DNA from: Bythopirellula sp.
Lineage (GTDB): Bacteria; Planctomycetota; Planctomycetia; Pirellulales; Lacipirellulaceae
NCBI GenBank assembly: GCA_965216565.1
Contig: OZ244170.1
Location: 3,968,001 to 4,032,000, forward strand
DNA length: 64,000 nucleotides
Direction of reading: 5' to 3'
Part shown: in pieces, positions 59,476 to 64,000 of the stretch
How positions within the stretch are numbered: position 1 is the stretch's first letter
How the letters are laid out: the number at the start of each line of letters is the position of its first letter
Translations under genes and position numbers: made by a program
Notes under the pieces: generated by a model
Database searches by the model: none
What the model was told of the DNA's origin: nothing
The model's input: the letters and a program-made list of their open reading frames with translations, nothing else

Positions 59476-60693
59476 ATGAAATCCATCGAGCAACCGCTAG
59501 CACCGACTCGCTGGTTCCGCGTGGGCAAATATCTATTGCCGGTCGGTGTGAATCACACCAGTTGGCGACGCACAAAGTCTCCCAGCAAACAAGTATCGGC
59601 TGCAGAGCTAGCTGCCGAGCATCCCGAGCAGGTGACTCTCGAAACCCTTGGCTCGGAGGAATTGCTCCCAGAGTTTCCCTATGCATGCATTCAGTCGGGA
59701 GCAGTAACCGAAAAAGCCCTGCCAATTAAGAAATGCCCCGCCGCGTTCGTCGCACGAATACAGAACGGACAATCTTTCGGCCGTCATTGCTGCGCAATCG
59801 GCCCAGCAGGGAAAGCTGTTCGAGAGACCGGGTTCAATCTTGAAGGCAACGTTCGCAACCAGGGCTCGTCAATGAGCTCGTTCCGACCTCGCTATTGGCG
59901 TCGTCGGCTTGAGGGTGACGTCACTTTTCGGCCTTGGCTTCCTCCCAAGCACTATCTTCGCGGGCGGGTTGCGATTCTCAATACACGGACGAGCCACAAC
60001 TATTTTCATTGGCTCATCGATATTCTGCCCCGCTTAATGCCGCTCGAAAAGTTAGGCCTACGAGCAGATTTCTATCTCGTTGAGTGTCTCAGTGAGTTCC
60101 AAAAGCAGGTGTTGGAATTTCTCGGCATCGACCGCAGTCGATTGATCCAGCCACATTGCCGCATGTTGATCGAAGCCGATGAACTGTTGGTTCCATCGAT
60201 GCCGACTCCAACGTGTTTACGAGACTTCGGTAAATTTGTCACTGACAAACTTGGCACTCAGTCTCAGTCCAGTTCTGGAAAAAAGATCTATATCACGCGT
60301 CGCGCGACAGGTAGCCGTGCGATTGCCAACGAAGCTGAACTGATCCGCGTGCTCGCTGCTCGAGGATTCGAGACCCATGCGATGGAAGACTACACACTCC
60401 CCCAGCAGGCGTCACTCTTTCGTCAAGCGGATGTAATCCTGGCGACTCACGGAGCTGCTCTCGCCAATTTGATCTTTGCCCATCGTGGGGCCCGCGTCAT
60501 CGAAATCGTACCCGAAAACCGATACAACGCGACATGCTATCCCAGAAAGAGCCGCATCCTTGGCCTGCACCATCAACACGTGTTAGTTGAAAGTAGCAAG
60601 CACAAACAAGTACTCAATGTTTCGTTAGCAGACATCGAGGCTGCTCTTGTATGTGCTGATGAGGCTACAAGCCACCAGAAACAAGTAGCTTAA
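59476..60693 (+). CDS. Glycosyltransferase family 61 (DUF563-like)
   Basis: NYFHWLIDILPRL, IYITR, NEAEL, QASLF...HGAALANLIF, VIEI; likely ATG at 59476. Confidence 0.88.
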   Translation: MKSIEQPLAPTRWFRVGKYLLPVGVNHTSWRRTKSPSKQVSAAELAAEHPEQVTLETLGSEELLPEFPYACIQSGAVTEKALPIKKCPAAFVARIQNGQSFGRHCCAIGPAGKAVRETGFNLEGNVRNQGSSMSSFRPRYWRRRLEGDVTFRPWLPPKHYLRGRVAILNTRTSHNYFHWLIDILPRLMPLEKLGLRADFYLVECLSEFQKQVLEFLGIDRSRLIQPHCRMLIEADELLVPSMPTPTCLRDFGKFVTDKLGTQSQSSSGKKIYITRRATGSRAIANEAELIRVLAARGFETHAMEDYTLPQQASLFRQADVILATHGAALANLIFAHRGARVIEIVPENRYNATCYPRKSRILGLHHQHVLVESSKHKQVLNVSLADIEAALVCADEATSHQKQVA

Positions 60694-60764
60694 GAAGGCA
60701 CCTCGACGAAATAGTCGTGAACCATACATCGCTCAGAAATTACAAAAACTGGAGTCGTCCTGAT

Positions 60765-62372
60765 ATGCAATCTCCAACCCCTTGGCAAAGTGATCCTGTC
60801 TTCATAGAGATAGGCGTTCAGAGTGCCGATGTTGCGCTTAGTTTGCGCCACGAAGGGTACTCGAAGTACTTGGGAGTTAGTGAAAGTTCCGGGCAGGTGG
60901 CTGCTTTGCAGGCCGCTCACCCCGAGATCGCAGCCGATCTAGTGCACAGCAAACATCGTAAGGTGGTGCGTCGTAACAACGCGCAGGTCTTGATTCTTTC
61001 CGGCCTCTCGGTCTTGCACCTATGGAAGTACCGATCGGTCCGTCACGCAGAGTGTGTTGCCTGGCGAGCAAGTTTTTCGCCTCTAACGCTCTTGGGCATG
61101 CTGGGATGCTTACTGCAGATGCTCACAAAGCGATATTCAAAACCACAAATTGTTTCCCTGAAATCGGCCACAGGAAAACCTCAGCGATTGTTCGTCACCC
61201 GCGTGTTGCGACCGAAACTACCAGGGCAAAAGTCCTTGCACTTTATTCCTCACCGACTAGGAATAAAGGGTTTATTCGATCGATTCGCAGAGCAAGGGTC
61301 AAAGTATGTCGTGTTGCGCTGGTTTGACGAACTGCCCGAGATCAAGCCGAACGAGGATGTCGACCTCCTGGTGGCCGACGAATCACTGGATAGCGTCTTG
61401 GAAACTCTCAGCTCGCAGCCTGGAATTCAACCTTGCGATCTCTACAGTGAACGAGGTTTGCCGCGTTCGGACTACTGCGGTACGCCTTACTACCCAGCCG
61501 CAGTCGCACAGCGGCTTTTAGATAACGCAGTTCGGCACAACGACCTTTGCATGGTGCCTGACGATCAAGACTACTTCCATAGCCTTGCCTATCACGCGGT
61601 TTATCACAAGGGTTTGAAATCCGATCTGCCAGTTAGCGGCAGTGACGAGCAGCGAAGAAGCAAATCGGACCACGACTACGCCGCCATTTTGGAATCGATG
61701 GCGACCCAGTTGGGAATCGACGTCGAGATATCTCTTGAGGGATTACACCGCTATCTGCAGCAAACTGGTTGGGGACCTTCCGACGAAATGCTGGCCCGGT
61801 TGGCAATTGCCTGCTGGCGAAACCCATGGCTGCAAACGCTGGCCAGTCGGCTGGAAGGTCACATCCACGACCAAGGCCTGGCCGTATTTGTAGTTCGCCG
61901 TGAAGCCGTGGATAGAGGTTTGCTAGAGCAAATCACCGACATGGTCGAAGTGGGCGGATTCGAGATTCTTCAAACCAAGAAGCTCAGCGAAGAAATGATT
62001 CGAACCGGTGCATCCCAAACACGGGGAGGCAATTGGAAGTTGGAGGGGCCGTTTGATATCTCAGGCGGACCACCGGCAGCCGTTATCGTCGCCTACGACC
62101 ACCAGCCGTTGCCACTAACCGCGAAGCAAAGCCGCAAGTTTACGACGCGGACCAATGCTCGGCTGTTCGTCAAAGAAAAGATTCGCGATGTCCTGTGCGA
62201 GCAGTTGCCCTCGGGCGAGCGATTCAATGCCCTTCATTCCAGCGACCATGCCGCCGACGCCCTGCATTTGATTGAAACACTCGTGCCAGAGTTGATGGAC
62301 GATATCGTATCTCGTCTGACGGAATCACCACGAACGATCCCCATTCGCAAAGAAATCCGTCGTGCCGCTTAA
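60765..62372 (+). CDS. Nucleotidyltransferase-like / NDK-like fusion protein, paralog 1
   Basis: YVVLRWFDELP...EDVDLLV; C-terminal VFVVRREAVDRGL...GFEI and NALHSSD; GGAG before ATG 60765. Confidence 0.75.
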   Translation: MQSPTPWQSDPVFIEIGVQSADVALSLRHEGYSKYLGVSESSGQVAALQAAHPEIAADLVHSKHRKVVRRNNAQVLILSGLSVLHLWKYRSVRHAECVAWRASFSPLTLLGMLGCLLQMLTKRYSKPQIVSLKSATGKPQRLFVTRVLRPKLPGQKSLHFIPHRLGIKGLFDRFAEQGSKYVVLRWFDELPEIKPNEDVDLLVADESLDSVLETLSSQPGIQPCDLYSERGLPRSDYCGTPYYPAAVAQRLLDNAVRHNDLCMVPDDQDYFHSLAYHAVYHKGLKSDLPVSGSDEQRRSKSDHDYAAILESMATQLGIDVEISLEGLHRYLQQTGWGPSDEMLARLAIACWRNPWLQTLASRLEGHIHDQGLAVFVVRREAVDRGLLEQITDMVEVGGFEILQTKKLSEEMIRTGASQTRGGNWKLEGPFDISGGPPAAVIVAYDHQPLPLTAKQSRKFTTRTNARLFVKEKIRDVLCEQLPSGERFNALHSSDHAADALHLIETLVPELMDDIVSRLTESPRTIPIRKEIRRAA

Positions 62373-62425
62373 GCACTAGCACAGTATCCATTTTGAAAAT
62401 AGAGAGTTCGGAGACAGCAAGAACA

Positions 62426-64000
62426 ATGCGACCTCAAGATTATTGGCAGGACGACCCCACATTCATCGAGATTGGTGTACACGATGCGCATCTTGCATCG
62501 AGCATGGCCCATGAAGGCTTCTCGAACTACCTGGGAGTCTCGACAGACGCCCGCCAACTGGCCAAATTGCAGCAACAGCATCCCGAACTAGCCAACTCTT
62601 TCGTGTTCTCCAATCGCGAGCGACTCGTTCGCAATAATAATGCCAAAGTTCTCGTTCTGTCGGGCACCAAGATGCTCCATCTCTGGAAGTATCGATCCGT
62701 GCGACATTCCGAGAGCGTTGCCTGGCGACCCGGTTTCAACGTCGCAACCGTGGTCGCGTTCATGGGCTGTCTGTGGCACATGCTTAGCAGAAACTATTCC
62801 CGGCCACGCTTGGTAAAGTTCCAAACTCCCAGTCAGCGTACTGTTCGTCTGGTTGTCCATCGCATCCTGCGTCCTCGATTGTGCAACCGAAAGTCGCTGC
62901 ACTTTATTCCCCATGAGTTGGGAATCACCGGCATGTTTCAGGCGTTTGACCAGCAGCAGGTTAACTACGTGGTGCTCCGCTGGTTTGATCGATTGCCGGT
63001 TGTCGAAGAGCACGAAGACGTTGACTTGCTGGTTGCCGACGACAATTTGGGTCAGGTGCTTGAGCTACTTCAGAAGAAGCCGGGCATCGTGCCATGCGAT
63101 ATCTACAGCGAAACCGGATTGGCAAGATCCGACTATCGCGGTACGCCCTACTACCCACATCATGTGGCGGGATGGCTGCTTGAGGGCCGCATTCGCCACA
63201 ACGACTTATTTTATGTCCCAAACCGCTACAACTATTTTCATAGCCTTGCCTACCACGCGGTCTATCACAAAGGAACGCGATCGAATCTCGATCGCGGCAA
63301 CACAGGCTTACGCGCCCGGCGAGGCACACCGGGACACGATTACGTCAGTGTTCTCAGCGAGATGGCCAAGAAGTTGCAGATTGAAGTCGACATTAGCTTG
63401 GAAGGCCTCCACCGATATTTGCAAGACACGGGTTGGGGTCCTGCCCCGGAGTTACTCGCACGCCTATCGCTGGCTTGCAAAGGCAACAAATGGCTGAGGT
63501 TGTTGGCCAGTCGCTTGGCCCCCCACGTCCACGACCAAGGTCTGGCACTCTTCGCAATTCGTCACGAGGCTGTGCAACGCGGCTTCAAAGACAAGATCAT
63601 CAGTAAGATTGAACAAGGCGGTTTTGAAATTTTGGCCGTGAAAGATCTTTCCCCAGCCGAAATTGAATTCAGTGCCCTTCGCACCCGTGGTGGAAACTGG
63701 CGCACCGGGCCATTTGATATCTCGGGGGGACCTCCGGCGGTGGCCGTAGTCGCCTACGACCCGCAACCGCTAAAGCCCAATCGCAAGCAGTATCGCAAGT
63801 TTCCCGAGCGCACTAACGCGAGAATCTTTCTGAAAGAGAAGATTCGCGACGAAGTCATCGAAGAGCTGCCTGCCAACGAGAGTTTCAATGCGGTTCACTC
63901 TAGCGACCATGCTGCCGAAGCGTGGCATCTTCTAGAGCTTTATGCACCAGAACTCATTGAGACTGTACGTGGGCAACTAGCTGGAAAACACCAAGCCCAA
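62426..64000 (+). CDS. Nucleotidyltransferase-like / NDK-like fusion protein, paralog 2 (truncated by the window edge)
   Basis: Absent from the ORF track because it has no stop in the window; starts MRPQDYWQDDPTFIEIG, contains YVVLRWFD...EDVDLLV and NAVHSSDHAAEA, collinear with paralog 1. Confidence 0.8.
   Translation, partial: MRPQDYWQDDPTFIEIGVHDAHLASSMAHEGFSNYLGVSTDARQLAKLQQQHPELANSFVFSNRERLVRNNNAKVLVLSGTKMLHLWKYRSVRHSESVAWRPGFNVATVVAFMGCLWHMLSRNYSRPRLVKFQTPSQRTVRLVVHRILRPRLCNRKSLHFIPHELGITGMFQAFDQQQVNYVVLRWFDRLPVVEEHEDVDLLVADDNLGQVLELLQKKPGIVPCDIYSETGLARSDYRGTPYYPHHVAGWLLEGRIRHNDLFYVPNRYNYFHSLAYHAVYHKGTRSNLDRGNTGLRARRGTPGHDYVSVLSEMAKKLQIEVDISLEGLHRYLQDTGWGPAPELLARLSLACKGNKWLRLLASRLAPHVHDQGLALFAIRHEAVQRGFKDKIISKIEQGGFEILAVKDLSPAEIEFSALRTRGGNWRTGPFDISGGPPAVAVVAYDPQPLKPNRKQYRKFPERTNARIFLKEKIRDEVIEELPANESFNAVHSSDHAAEAWHLLELYAPELIETVRGQLAGKHQAQ

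Noticed and set aside
62853..63497. 214-aa plus-strand ORF in the track
   Set aside because: Out-of-frame overlap with the real gene starting at 62426, which aligns with the upstream paralog
1..64000. tRNA, rRNA, CRISPR arrays, integrases, transposases
   Set aside because: None recognised by eye; intergenic gaps are short. Dedicated scans were not run

Overview
A 64 kb chromosomal window that is probably from a planctomycete (Pirellulales, Lacipirellulaceae-like). This is inferred from PEP-CTERM proteins with dockerin-like DFLxWQQ tails, an insertion-bearing ACP and a Cys-rich lipoprotein. From left to right it holds: an esterase and two PEP-CTERM surface proteases; a FabZ-ACP-FabZ-FabF fatty acid/polyketide module; a membrane pseudokinase; a type II secretion/type IV pilus cluster interleaved with signalling genes (receiver, histidine kinase, STAS, HD-GYP); a Cys-rich lipoprotein; MsbA-like ABC, radical SAM and ugd genes; redox proteins and a Ser/Thr kinase; and a PEP-CTERM protein paired with a phosphatase-family/TPR/sulfotransferase fusion. 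The highlight is a minus-strand operon at about 43.6-56.1 kb that looks like a complete, membrane-tethered, eukaryote-style ubiquitination system. It encodes a ubiquitin-like protein with a tail after PEITAG, an E1, a membrane-anchored JAMM peptidase, a multi-TM FHA protein, two duplicated zinc-ribbon membrane proteins, two RING-finger membrane proteins (one fused to a trypsin-like protease), an E2 with a zinc ribbon, a DUF2752-like protein and a large TPR protein. The window ends in a surface-glycan cluster that includes two tandem nucleotidyltransferase-like/NDK-like fusion paralogs. No rRNA, tRNA, CRISPR array or transposase was recognised. All family calls come from reading motifs by eye, not from database searches.
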